Assembly: GCA_963845155.1 (NCBI GenBank)
Contig: CAWJRB010000011.1
Coordinates: 40,234-104,233, forward strand
Reading direction: 5' to 3'
From: an uncultured Flavobacteriaceae bacterium
Lineage (GTDB): Bacteria > Bacteroidota > Bacteroidia > Flavobacteriales > Flavobacteriaceae
Length of the DNA: 64,000 bases
Shown: positions 34,701 through 45,166 of the stretch, in pieces
Position numbering within the stretch: position 1 is the first letter of the stretch
Layout: each line of letters opens with the position of its first letter
Position numbers and translations under genes: made by a program
The notes under the pieces: model-generated
What the model was told of the DNA's origin: nothing
What the model saw: the letters and a program-made list of their open reading frames with translations, nothing else
The model's database searches: none

Positions 34701-35161
34701 TAAAGGCCTCGGAGTATGCAACCCGAACCGTACAAGAATTATTTCCTACCGAAGTTTTTGAAAGTACAATCATGAAAATGTCGGTCACGGGAGAGTCTGT
34801 AGTCGCTCTAAATGACGGAAATGGAAAGTTTTCGATCAAACCTCTGCCCAATTGGGTGCAGCTGTCTTGCGTCTGCGGTGTCGCTTGTACTGACCTGAAT
34901 CAGGACGGAAAAACTGATCTCATTTTGGGGGGTAACAATTTTGAATTCAGACCCCAATACTCACGGATCGACGCAAACTACGGAAGCGTTCTCCTGAGCG
35001 AGGGAGACGGCACTTTCAGTTGGGTTGATTACAAAAACAGTGGGTTCTTCATCCGGGAAGAGATCAAACACATCCGCGAATTCAAAGACCGTTCCGGAAA
35101 ACGCTATATCATTACAGCCGTCAACGATGGCTCTCCTAAGCTTTACGCAATAGATGAATAA
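31790..35161 (+). CDS. FG-GAP/VCBS-repeat, ASPIC/UnbV lipoprotein 2
   Basis: ATG at 31790 overlaps the previous stop; lipobox VLSC; GGGVAIGD, TDWSW, RGFQSS, repeated DxDxDG. Confidence 0.9.
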   Translation: MNKSSLKRIFSFILLIIAGVIIVLSCSKETPNEEAVNEVANPLFSLLDPEDSGFDFTNEVVNQKTFNIFKYRNFYNGGGVAIGDINNDGLSDIYVTANMGKNKLFLNKGNMKFEDISAQAGIEGNKPWSTGVAMADINNDGLLDIYVSNAGNLEGNNHDNDLYINNGDLTFTEKAADYNLAKTGFSTHASFFDYDKDGDLDAYILNNSNIPVSSLGYAEQREVRAQEWEGVPEIFRGVGDMLLENRDGVFVDVSEEAGIYGSLIGFGLGVMISDINRDLYPDIYISNDFYERDYLYINNQDGTFTEQIKEWTSHLSLSAMGIDMADINNDGYADIFITDMLPEGDQRVKSVMEFEGYNIFKLKQSKDFYQQYIQNTLQLNNGNGSFSEIANYSGVAATDWSWAGLIFDMDNDGYRDIFVTNGVNHDLTDLDFVDFFANEIIQNMALTGQKETVDSIIDKMPVKPQPNYAYKNKHDITFSDETIPWGFGLKSLSNGAAYGDLDNDGDLDLVVNNVNMQSFLYENNSESLTDHNYIKLNFKGEEPNLFAVGTTVWIHNDDSVIMQELIPSRGFQSSVDYAMTIGLGDKTKMDSIRVVWPDDRTQLFTEVASNQTLELLQSNATGKFIPFKDPERKKVLKEIPNDNLIVHVENTYNDFDFEGLITKKLSEEGPALAIGDVDQDGNDDVFIGGAKKQTGVIYLHKGEGKLIPLEQSAFEEENYYEDTAAAFFDADNDGDLDLIVGSGGNEASDENIYRARLYLNDGKGKFTSAEERLPAAFKNISVIRPFDFDADGDEDLFIGSRSVVGVYGLDPNHLMLENLGDGTFRDITETRAFDLKDAGMITGAVWSDVDGDGKQDLITVSDWGTPKIFKNSGRRLSQMESDLDTLHGWWNVVESADLDNDGDMDLILGNQGSNTLYKASTEQPMKIWINDFDNNGTFEQIVTRNLDGKDYPIHMKKELTSQMVSLKKQNLKASEYATRTVQELFPTEVFESTIMKMSVTGESVVALNDGNGKFSIKPLPNWVQLSCVCGVACTDLNQDGKTDLILGGNNFEFRPQYSRIDANYGSVLLSEGDGTFSWVDYKNSGFFIREEIKHIREFKDRSGKRYIITAVNDGSPKLYAIDE

Positions 35162-38100
35162 AAACCTCGGCATACTCGTATTGATCGTACTTTTTCTGCA
35201 GGCCTGTAAGAAGGACGAAGGAAGCCTTTTTACAAATCCGGACCCTAAAGACACGGGGGTTGATTTCGTCAACAAGATTGATGAAAGCGACGATCTGAAC
35301 ATTCTCGACTATCTCTATTTCTACAATGGAGGTGGCGTAGCGATTGGAGATTTGAACAATGATGGTTTGCCTGAGATATTCTTTTCAGGAAACCAGGTAA
35401 AAAACAAACTCTACCTCAACAAAGGGAATCTACAATTCGACGACATCAGCAATTCGGCGGGTGTTTTGGGGAACAGCAGCTGGAACTCCGGGGCCGTAAT
35501 GGGAGATGTCAACGGGGACGGATTCCTGGATATTTACGTTTGTGCCGTAGTCGGTCTGAACGGATTCAATGGTTTTAACGAACTCTATATCAACAACGGA
35601 GATCTGACCTTCACCGAAAGTGCTGCCGAGTATGGTCTGGATTTTGAATCTTACAGCTCAACAGCCGCATTTCTGGACTACGATCTTGACGGCGATCTCG
35701 ACATATACTTACTGAATCATGCTGTTCACACCCAAGAGTCTTTTGGCAAGGCCGAATTGAGAAATAAACGTACCTATGAAACGGGTGACAAATTGCTTCG
35801 TAATGACGGAGGCTCTTTTACAGATGTGAGTGAGGAGGCCGGCATCTTTGGCGGGGTAAACGGGTATGGACTGAGCGTTGCCGTATCCGATTTCAATCAC
35901 GATGGCTTCCCCGACATTTATGTTTGCAACGATTTCCACGAAGACGACTATTACTACCTGAACAATGGGGATGGCACCTTTAGTGAGCGACTCAAGGAAT
36001 TTTTCGGTCATACGACCCGATTTTCGATGGGCAGCGACGTCGCTGACATCAACCATGACGGTTGGCCGGACATTCTTTCATTGGACATGCTGCCCGCGGA
36101 AGAAGCGATCCTGAAGGCCTCCGATGGAGATGAGTCCCTGCAGATCCTGAAAATGAGGGTTGAACAGTACGGATATCACTATCAGTTCACAAGAAACATG
36201 TTGCAAATCAATCAGCCCGGTTACAAATTTGTCGAAACCGCCCTATTGAGCGGAATTGCTGCAACCGACTGGAGCTGGAGCTCCCTTTTTGAAGATTTTG
36301 ATCAGGACGGTCACCAGGACCTCTTCATATCCAACGGTATTCCGAAAAGACCCAACAACCTCGATTTTATAAAATTTGTGTCGAGCGACCAGATTCAGAA
36401 AAAGATCAACAATACTCGCCTGGTAGACCAGGAAGCCCTCGACATGATGCCTAAAGGCAAAGTCTCGAATTATGTCTTTCAAGGTGACGGCGAGATCGGT
36501 TTCAATGACAAATCAGGGGATTGGATTAAAAAGGACTCTCTGATTTCGGGGGCTACAGCCCTGGGTGACCTGGACAACGATGGAGACCTGGATCTGGTTG
36601 TAAGCAACATCAATGAACCGGCCGCTTTGTACATCAATAAAACCAACGAAAAGAACGCCTATCTGAAGATTAAATTCAGGCTGCCCAATGCAAATGCCCT
36701 GGGCATCGGAACCAAGGTCTTTTCTTATCATGGTGACCGGGTGCAATACAAGGAACTCTATACAGTACGCGGGCTTCAATCCTCTTCTGAACCCCTGATT
36801 CACTTTGGGTATGGAGATGCGGTTGCGATCGATTCCCTCAGAATCATCTGGCCGGATCGCACAACCCAATTGCTTACCAACGTAGAGACCAATCAGCTCT
36901 TAACTCTGAGTCCGGAAGGAGCAACAAGCCTGGATAAAATCTTTTTCAAACCCGCAAGAGATACTTTATTTTCAAAAGCCCCCGAGAATCTGGGTATCGA
37001 TTTTGAGCACCAGGAAAACAATTACAATGATTTTAATGTCACCAAACTCATTCCATACCAGGTAACCGATCGGGGACCAGCTGTGGCCACAGGGGATCTC
37101 AATGGTGACGGAAAAGAGGATGTCTTCTTTGGCGGATCGACAAAGTTCCTTCCCGAATCTATATTCAGGAGGAAGGCAACTTCAGAGAACGAGAGGTTGA
37201 ATTGATAAAGCAAGACTCGATTTATGAGGACGTTTACGCTCTGATTGAGGACCTGAACGGAGATGGGCTCAATGACCTCTTTGTAGGAACCGGGGGCGCA
37301 GATCTCTATCAGACCCCTTCTGTGCTTCTCGACAACTACTATCAGGGAACAAAAGACAGTTTTGTCAAATCAAAACTGCCAGACTACTTTGAAAATGCCT
37401 CCGTCATTGCTCCGAATGACATAGACGGAGACGGAGACCTGGACCTTTTTGTGGCCGCTCATGTGGATTCCAAGGACTTCGGAAAAATCCCCGGGAAGCT
37501 ATTTGCTACTCAACACGGGAGACTCATTCGAAATTCAGGACAATAAGGAAATCCTAAAATTGGGAATGGTGACCGATGCGACCTGGATGGATTTTGACGG
37601 TGACGGAACCGATGACCTTGTTGTTGTTGGTGAATGGATGCAGCCACGATTTTTCAGGAACAATCAAGGCAGACTCGAAGAAGTCACAATGGCATCAGAT
37701 GGGCTGAAAGGTTTGTGGCAAACCCTTATACCGTTTGATATTGATGAAGACGGAGACCTGGATCTATTGCTGGGCAACTGGGGTGCAAATACCAAATTCA
37801 AGGCCTCCGCAGAGAACCCTATGAAAATGTACCACCTGGATTTCGACAACAACGGCAAAAAAGAAACGGTGATCTCAATTGAGAAAAATGGAAAATACTA
37901 TCCGCTTGCCAACCTGGACGAACTGACCGCACAGATGAATATCCTGAGAAAGAAATTTCCGGATTACGCTTCCTTTGCAGGAAAGCAGATGGAGGAAGTT
38001 TTTGAGAAAAAGCTCCTGGACTCAGCCGATCTTTTTGAAGTGCACGAACTTCGATCGGGCTATTTGAAAAATGAGCAGGGAAAATTTGAATTTCATCCTT

Positions 38101-38414
38101 TCGATTGGCAATTACAGGTTTCTCCGATTAACAGCTTCGTTTCCTTCGATTTTGACGGAGATCGAAAGCCAGAAATCCTGGCCGCTGGAAATTACTTTGG
38201 TGTCAAACCTTTCCACGGTCGCTTTGACGGATTTTCAGGAGCCCTGATACACAATGAGAATTCCATTCAGCTGGGTCACGAGATCGGTTTGGACCTGGCT
38301 GGAAAGTCGGCACGCCATTTGAAGGTTTTTACCCTGGACAATAGGCCTTACCTGTTGGTTGTATACAACAATGAACAAGCAGAGGTGTATGAACTGAACA
38401 AATCAAACAACTGA
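35154..38414 (+). CDS. FG-GAP/VCBS-repeat, ASPIC/UnbV lipoprotein 3, two frameshifts (about 37150 and 37493)
   Basis: Lipobox LQAC-KKDE; same motifs as its paralogues; continues through ORFs 37202-37546 and 37449-38414 across C and G runs. Confidence 0.85.
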
Positions 38415-38445
38415 AAATATACTGGAACAAATCAAAAATAAAATC

Positions 38446-39777
38446 ATGAGAACAAGTTTATTCTGGATCCTGGCTGTTTCAATCCTTGCATCCTGTTCAA
38501 AACCCTCAACTCCGATAGTGATCTCTGCGGACGACTACCACAAATCGGTGGACAAAGTAGGCCAGATTATGGTCCACGACATTTTCTCTCCTCCGGTAGC
38601 GAGTCGCGTTTTTGCCTACCCGAGTGTGGCTGCCTATGAAATCATCGCGCAGGAGAATCAAAAGTATAAATCTCTCAGCGGCCAACTCACCGGCCTGGAG
38701 GAAATTCCAACCCCGAAAAAAGATGAAGAGATCAACTTCCAGCTTGCGGCGCTTATCGCTCACATCGATCTCAATCGCCGACTGATTTTCTCTGAGGATC
38801 GGATGATTGCATACAGAGACAGCCTCTATGGAGTATGGGAGTCTGTCAACGCCAAAGAATTTGAAGCCTCTAAAGCCTATGGCCTCGAGGTATCAGAGTT
38901 TGTGGCCCAATGGATGGACGACGACAACTACAAGCAGACCCGTACGATGTCGAAATTCACCGTCGACACGGATGATCCTTCAAGATGGCAGCCCACTCCT
39001 CCCTCCTACATGGATGGCCTGGAACCGCACTGGAACAAAATAAGACCCTTTGTGATCGATTCTGCAGCCCAGTTCAAACCTGCTCCACCACCGCCTTTCA
39101 GCATGGAAAAGGATTCTGACTTTTACAAAGAGCTCATTGAGGTTTACGATATCAGCCAGGAGATAACCGAAAAAGGAGATGAATCGGATGAAGTGGCCAT
39201 GGCCCAGTTCTGGGATTGTAATCCTTATGTTTCCGTAACTCGCGGACACCTGATGTTTGCCACAAAGAAGATAACTCCTGGTGCCCATTGGATCGGGATC
39301 ACCAAGATCGCTTGCAAGAAGAGTGATTACGATTTTGACGACACCGTCTACGCCTATACCAAAACATCCATTGCCATCGCCGATGCTTTCATCAGCTGTT
39401 GGGATGAAAAATATCGAAGCAACCTGATCCGGCCTGAAACACTTATCAACGAGTACATCGATGACAGTTGGAAACCCGTGCTTCAGACTCCGCCTTTTCC
39501 GGAATACGTGAGTGGACATTCGGTGGCCTCAGGAGCCGCTGCAGTTGCGCTGACGGATATCTTTGGCGATAATTTCTCATTTGATGATGACACAGAGTTG
39601 CCCTACGGACTGCCCGTACGCAGTTTCTCCTCCTTCAATGATGCATCCGCTGAAGCTGCAATAAGTCGTATCTATGGAGGTATTCACTACCGAGTGGCCA
39701 TCGAAATTGGCCTGGACCAGGGTCGTGATCTCGGTAAGTTTGTCGTCGATAATGTGGACATGACCAACAAGGGCTAA
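38446..39777 (+). CDS. Vanadium-dependent haloperoxidase (PAP2 superfamily), probable iodoperoxidase, lipoprotein
   Basis: CWDEKYRSNLIRPE (K-x6-RP), PPFPEYVSGHS and SRIYGGIHY vanadate-binding motifs; HDIFSPPVASR N-terminus; recalled as very similar to Zobellia galactanivorans VIPO1; lipobox LASC. Confidence 0.85.
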   Translation: MRTSLFWILAVSILASCSKPSTPIVISADDYHKSVDKVGQIMVHDIFSPPVASRVFAYPSVAAYEIIAQENQKYKSLSGQLTGLEEIPTPKKDEEINFQLAALIAHIDLNRRLIFSEDRMIAYRDSLYGVWESVNAKEFEASKAYGLEVSEFVAQWMDDDNYKQTRTMSKFTVDTDDPSRWQPTPPSYMDGLEPHWNKIRPFVIDSAAQFKPAPPPPFSMEKDSDFYKELIEVYDISQEITEKGDESDEVAMAQFWDCNPYVSVTRGHLMFATKKITPGAHWIGITKIACKKSDYDFDDTVYAYTKTSIAIADAFISCWDEKYRSNLIRPETLINEYIDDSWKPVLQTPPFPEYVSGHSVASGAAAVALTDIFGDNFSFDDDTELPYGLPVRSFSSFNDASAEAAISRIYGGIHYRVAIEIGLDQGRDLGKFVVDNVDMTNKG

Positions 39778-39800
39778 ACCTTCAAAGCTTTTCGATCCTT

Positions 39801-40689
39801 ATGAAGAAAATCCTCGGTATACTGTTAGTGGCTCTCCTGGGCTTTTTTATCTGGCTGATGTTTCTCAAGCCCTATGACTTCATCGCAGTTCTGGACGCGA
39901 AATCTGTACCGGGAACCGTCGAACCATACTCTGAAAACCTGGAGTCGGTCGATTGAGGATTCCGATATCCGCCAGACCGGAGACATGAACCATATCTTGC
40001 AGGAACTTCGATTCAACGACAGTCTTTTTCTCCTGGACTGGAAGCTCTCCCGGAAAAACGATTCTTTGACCCGTGTCGAAGTTGGAGTTTCCCTGGAAAA
40101 AAAGAATCCGTTCATGAGGATCCTAAATCTTTTTTCGGATACGGATTTCAAACGCCGTTCTCGAAACACCATTCTGGATTTCAATGAGATACTAAAGGAG
40201 CACCTGGCCAGTTTCAGAGTCAGCGTGGATGGCGAGGCGTCCTTGGAGCCTACCTTTTGCGCGTATGTCACTATTGAGGACGGCCAGTTCCAGAAAGCTC
40301 TGGGTATGATGCAAAACTATTCCCTGCTTAGCAACGTGCTGCTCGAAAACAATATCGAACTCAGCGGAATGCCTTTTGTTGAAGTGACCTACTGGGACCA
40401 GGAAAAAGAAAAATTGAAATACAATTTCTGTTACCCCATCGTTAAAAAGGACAGCCTTCCCAAAAATGGGCTCGTATCCTTTAAACAATTCAAAGGAGGG
40501 CAATACCTCAAAGCGACGTACAACGGTAACTATATCAGCTCTGACAGGGCCTGGTATGCGCTACTTGACTATGCAAAACAGCAGGGTATAGAAATCGAAG
40601 AAAAACCTGTCGAAGTCTTCTTCAACAACCCCAACATGGGTGGAGATGAACTCGATTGGCGAGCCGACATCTATATGCCTATGCCCTGA
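39801..40689 (+). CDS. Membrane-anchored GyrI-like (AraC effector-binding fold) protein, frameshifted near 39921
   Basis: ATG at 39801 gives the TM anchor MKKILGILLVALLGFFIWLMFLKPYDF; C-terminal KATYNGNYISSDRAWYAL..E.F.NNP..W.ADIY.P. Confidence 0.72.
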
Positions 40690-40712
40690 ACAACCGACTC
40701 AGGTGATACAAT

Positions 40713-40748
40713 AAAAAAAGGCATTGACCTCGCGGTCAATGCCTTTTT
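40713..40748. terminator. Bidirectional terminator
   Basis: AAAAAGGCATTGACC-tcgc-GGTCAATGCCTTTTT between convergent genes. Confidence 0.9.
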
Positions 40749-40767
40749 CAAAATAATTCAAAACAGA

Positions 40768-41580
40768 TTACAATTCTTTTATCTTCACGTTTCTGAACCA
40801 AACATCATCTCCGTGATCCTGCAGACCGATGAAGCCTTTTGACGCGACGTTGGCCCAGTCTTTATTCAGACCAGGAAACTTGCTTCCCGCGACCATTTCA
40901 TTCCACTCAGGTGTCCATAGGTGATACTCTACCACATTGACTCCGTTCTGTTTGTGAACGACAGTTCCTTTGTACACGGTGATCTCCACCTGGTTCCACT
41001 CGCCTACCGGTTTGGCATTCTGAGGGTTTGCAGGAATCAGATCATAGAGTGATCCCGCCTGACGGTTCCCATCCGTACCCAGTTTAGCATCCGGATGCTT
41101 GTCATTGTCCAAGACCTGCATTTCAGGAGCGGTCTTCCATATGTAGTCATAGTCGCCTTCCTGACCCAGATAGAAAATACCTGAATTCCCTCCTTCGGAA
41201 ATTTTCCATTCCAGGCTCAAAGTGAAATTCTGAAACTCCTTGTCGTAGAGGATGTCACCACCATCTGAGGCTCCTGCCTCACCACGACCCGAACCGATCA
41301 TATGTAGGCTTCCGTCTACAACTTCCCAACCTGAGGGAAAGGTCTCCTTTTTGAAACCTCTCCATCCATCGGAAGTCTTCCCGTCAAAAAGCAAAACCCA
41401 ACCATCGGCTTTTTCAGCTTCCGTAAGTGTATTCGGAGCTGCCGCTTCCTGAACTTCAGGGGCGGCGGCTTCCGCAGGTTCCACCGCTTCAGCCGGGGCT
41501 TCTTTTTTTGCTGTGTTGCAGCTTATTACCAACGATGACACCGCGATTCCGCAGGCCATTAAAAACATTCTTTTCTTCAT
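40768..41580 (-). CDS. DUF1080 (3-keto-disaccharide hydrolase/lyase family) lipoprotein
   Basis: LFDGK..GWR, EWKI..GGNSGIFY, PEMQVLDN, GEWN, GLQDHG..VWFRNVKIKEL; lipobox VISC; start MKKRMF at 41580. Confidence 0.9.
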   Translation of the reverse strand: MKKRMFLMACGIAVSSLVISCNTAKKEAPAEAVEPAEAAAPEVQEAAAPNTLTEAEKADGWVLLFDGKTSDGWRGFKKETFPSGWEVVDGSLHMIGSGRGEAGASDGGDILYDKEFQNFTLSLEWKISEGGNSGIFYLGQEGDYDYIWKTAPEMQVLDNDKHPDAKLGTDGNRQAGSLYDLIPANPQNAKPVGEWNQVEITVYKGTVVHKQNGVNVVEYHLWTPEWNEMVAGSKFPGLNKDWANVASKGFIGLQDHGDDVWFRNVKIKEL

Positions 41581-41615
41581 TTTTATATAATTATTGTTTT
41601 TTAGGATTTTTACAC

Positions 41616-43127
41616 TTATGCAGGCATGTCTGGCAATGACCATCCATCTCTATAGGTGTGTTTCACTAGTTCATCTGAATAGGCCTTCGCATTCATAGGA
41701 TCCGTCCAGGTCTTGTCGAACGTTGGGTGACCGTCATGAATCTCGAAACCGTCTTTGATCACGGTCTTGATTTCTTCATTGGCACCGATATTGGTGAACT
41801 CCATTTTCTCACCATCCCACTCAAGGATCTTGTTAAGCGACTGCAAACGCACAGCCAACACTCCCATAACGACCATCTCGTTGAAAGGTCCGGCTTCGGA
41901 GAAGTCTGACGTACAAGGTTTCCTGTTTTCAGGGCTCTCCTTGCATGCACGCACCCAGTCCATTTCATGGGCTCCATCGTTCCAGGACTTGCCTATTTCC
42001 TCTTCAACTCTGCGCTCAGTTTTAGGCACAGAGATCTTTTTACCTGAAAGAAGCTCTGGTTCTACCCCGTAGCAACCTACATGCAGGATGTCTTTTGTTC
42101 CGTAGAAGAAAGTTCCTCCACCGGATTTGTTCGGATTTTTACCTGATGGCCAATTCGCTGGCAACTCGGGCTTGATACCACCGTCATACCAATGAACATC
42201 CACTTCAGAAAGATTCATCGCGGCATGCTCGCCTCTTTCCGGGAAGGTCAATTTCACCTTCTGGGAAACAGGTGCCGAATCATTTAAGAGCAGAGATGAG
42301 CTCGCCTGTACTTTCGTTGGGTACCCCAGTTTAAGTCCTTCGAATACCGGGTGAAGAATGTGGCAGGCCATGTCTCCAAGGGCGCCAGTTCCATAATCCC
42401 ACCAGCCTCTCCAGTTCCATGGATGGTATACTTCATTGAAATCACGCATTTTCGCCGGACCGGTAAACAGATCCCAGTTCAGCGTGTCAGGAACTTTCTG
42501 AACTTCCTCAGGTGTATTCAAACCCTGGGGCCAGATCGGACGGTCTGTGAACGACTCAACGCGCGTCACGTCGCCAATAGCGCCACTCCAAAGCACTTCA
42601 CAGGTTTCGGCTACACCGGCTCCTGAAGCACCCTGGTTACCCATTTGAGTAGCTACGTTATATTTGTCTGCAAGTTTGGTCAGCAGTCTTGATTCATAAA
42701 CGGAATGCGTAAGAGGCTTTTGAAGGTATACGTGCTTGCCCATCGTCATGGCATGCGCCGCTGTGAGGGCATGTGTATGGTCTGCAGTTGCGATGACAAC
42801 GCCATCGAATTGATCACCCATTTCGTCATACATCTTTCTCCAGTCCCAATACTTCTTGGCTTTTGGAAACTCATCAAAGCATCCCTTGGCGTATTTCCAG
42901 TCGACGTCACAGAGACCCACGATATTCTGCGTTTTGAGGTTCCTCAAATTTCTCAGTCCCATACCGCCTACTCCGACGCCTACGATGTTCAATTTATCAC
43001 TTGGAGCTACATGTCCAAGCCCGCTTACAGCAAACGAAGGAACAATGCTGATTCCCGCACTCGCAGCCAGACTTTTGTTGACGAATTCCCGTCGGGAGAT
43101 CCCACTCGGCTTTTTACTCTTACTCAT
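41616..43127 (-). CDS. Gfo/Idh/MocA NAD-dependent oxidoreductase with Tat signal (glycoside 3-dehydrogenase-like)
   Basis: SRREFV Tat motif, GVGVGGMG, ATADHTH, QKPLTH, QMGNQG, GALGDMACH. Confidence 0.88.
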   Translation of the reverse strand: MSKSKKPSGISRREFVNKSLAASAGISIVPSFAVSGLGHVAPSDKLNIVGVGVGGMGLRNLRNLKTQNIVGLCDVDWKYAKGCFDEFPKAKKYWDWRKMYDEMGDQFDGVVIATADHTHALTAAHAMTMGKHVYLQKPLTHSVYESRLLTKLADKYNVATQMGNQGASGAGVAETCEVLWSGAIGDVTRVESFTDRPIWPQGLNTPEEVQKVPDTLNWDLFTGPAKMRDFNEVYHPWNWRGWWDYGTGALGDMACHILHPVFEGLKLGYPTKVQASSSLLLNDSAPVSQKVKLTFPERGEHAAMNLSEVDVHWYDGGIKPELPANWPSGKNPNKSGGGTFFYGTKDILHVGCYGVEPELLSGKKISVPKTERRVEEEIGKSWNDGAHEMDWVRACKESPENRKPCTSDFSEAGPFNEMVVMGVLAVRLQSLNKILEWDGEKMEFTNIGANEEIKTVIKDGFEIHDGHPTFDKTWTDPMNAKAYSDELVKHTYRDGWSLPDMPA

Positions 43128-43262
43128 AGTTTCAATGCTTTATTAATTAGAAAAAATCGGTGATTTGTGTTTTTTTTACGAAACAGTGTAAATATAACAA
43201 CAAATCTTTAAAAAGTCTTGAACACAAGACTCTATTGATGTCGAATATCTGTTCTGATTCCG

Positions 43263-44018
43263 TCATTTTAACTCTTTAATTCGAATATTTCTGAACCACA
43301 CCTCGTGGGCGTGATCCTGCAGGCCAATGTGGCCTGTTTCAGTGGATGAAAATCCTTCCCAGTCCTTAAACTTGGAAGCTTCAACCAGCTTTTGCCACTG
43401 CTCTCCTCTTACGGCATAGTTGTATAGCTCCTTTCCGTTCAACACTACTTTACCCAGGTTTTTCACCCGGTCAACGGAGATGTAAAGCTCATTCCATTTC
43501 CCTGCAGGTCTCGCAACATCTTGCTCAGGTCCTACGATGCCGAAAATCGCACCTGACATCTGAAGATTATCGTTGAAATCTGGATCACTTGAATGATCCC
43601 TCAGCTGCACCTCAGGAGCGGTCATGTAGGGAACCACATATTTCTCATCCTCCAGGATTCCATAAAACACACCGCTGTTGCCGTCCTGTTCAATTTTCCA
43701 TTCAAGAGCCAATTCAAAGCTCTCGTATTTTTTTGGGTGATCAGATTGTTCATCCCGTGTGCGCTATCCGGATGAGGCCTGTAAACCAGGGCACTGTTGT
43801 CTATTTCCCACTCACCCGTAACACTGTCCTTCATATAGGTTCTCCAGGCATCGAGGTTGGTGCCGTCAAAAAGATACACCCAACCGTCTTCAAGCTCCGG
43901 AGCATTATGCTCGGACTTCACATCAGAATCAATGGCTTTCTTCTCTACCGGCTTGTCGCAGGCAGCAATCACCAGTATGCTACATCACAAAAAGGATAAA
44001 GTTCAAACTGACTCTCAT
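43263..44018 (-). CDS. DUF1080 lipoprotein, two frameshifts (about 43985 and 43733)
   Basis: ATG at 44018 overlaps the upstream TGA; IAAC lipobox; LFDGTNLDAWR, then LEWKI..GNSGVFY and GLQDHAHEVWFRNI. Confidence 0.8.
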
Positions 44019-45158
44019 ACGTTTATCAATTCTTTCCAACAGTTGCCCTCCTTGTGCGAGGCGACCACCTTTTCAATAAAGTCCATCCCTCGAAGACCGT
44101 CTTTGATGGACGGAAATTCTCCCTTATCATAGGCTTCTCCACGAATGGCCCGTGCGACTCCTTTGTAGATGTTTCCCATCGCGTCAAAGATTCCCTCAGG
44201 ATGTCCTGGGGGCAATTTGGTGCCATCAAGTGAAAGATCACTGTTGTAGCTATTTCCGGATTTAAGCACCTGCATCGGAACTCCCTCTTTCATCAAATAC
44301 AAATAATTCGGATTCTCCTGCTCCCATTTCAATCCGCCCTGATCCCCGTAAATTTTCACCTCAAAGCTATTTTCCTCGGCAGTCGCGATCTGACTGGCCC
44401 TTATACACCCCTTCACTCCTTTCTCACAACGGATCAGGATGCTCCCATCAACGTCCATCGGATTGTCTTGATAGAGATAATTCAAATCCGACAAGACGGT
44501 ATTTACCTTGAGTCCCGATAAATATTCGACCATGTCAAAGGCGTGGGTACCTATATCACCTATGCAACAACTGATACCTGATTTGTCAGGTTGCAACCTC
44601 CAGGTCGACTTCCTGCTTTCAGGATCGTGAATAATCGGGTTGATCCAGCCCTGGAAGTATTGTGCATCGATCTTTTGAACCTTTCCTATTACCCCTTTAT
44701 TGATCATGTCTCTCATTTGACGAATCATAGGATAGCCCGTATACGTATAGGTCACGGCAAATACCTTTTGACTCAAGGTATGAAGCTCCACCAATTCGAC
44801 CGCCTCTTTGAACGAAGTGGTCAACGGTTTTTCACAAATCACATGAAATCCGTTCTCAACGAGAAGTTTTGCATTTTCAAAAGTGTAGATAGTTTGGAGT
44901 CAGCACAGACACCACCTCCATTCGTTCACTTTCAGGAAGTCTTCTCTCGGCCTCCACCAGCGACTCCGGAGATGGGTAAACACGGGTGAGGTCTACTCCG
45001 AGCTGTTCCCCGAAGGAAAGACTCTGATCGATGTCGGAACCGAATACGCCCCCGACGATTTCAAACCGGTCAAACATGCCCGAGGCGATACGGTGCAACA
45101 CCCCAATCATGGAGTTCGCACCACCACCGACAAATCCAAGTTTGATCTTTGAGCTCAT
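44015..45158 (-). CDS. Cytoplasmic Gfo/Idh/MocA oxidoreductase, frameshifted near 44877
   Basis: GFVGGG..SMIG..H and TPNYLH, then (shifted) CEKPLT, YTGYPM, GDIGTHA, PPGHPEG; extra T in a T-run. Confidence 0.85.
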
Positions 45159-45166
45159 TTTTTCTA

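Noticed and set aside
29077-36869. Long antisense ORFs (e.g. 29077-29760, 33905-34522) and similar ones opposite other genes
   Set aside because: Shadow frames of Asp/Asn/Gly-rich coding sequence, rich in V/I, with no recognisable motifs.
28449-39777. Enediyne or halogenated natural-product biosynthetic cluster, suggested by UnbV plus a haloperoxidase
   Set aside because: No PKS, NRPS, prenyltransferase or precursor-peptide gene is present in the window; the proteins are exported lipoproteins in a transport context.
41436-41512. EAPAEAVEPAEAAAPEVQEAAAP low-complexity stretch
   Set aside because: An ordinary flexible tether after a lipoprotein cysteine.
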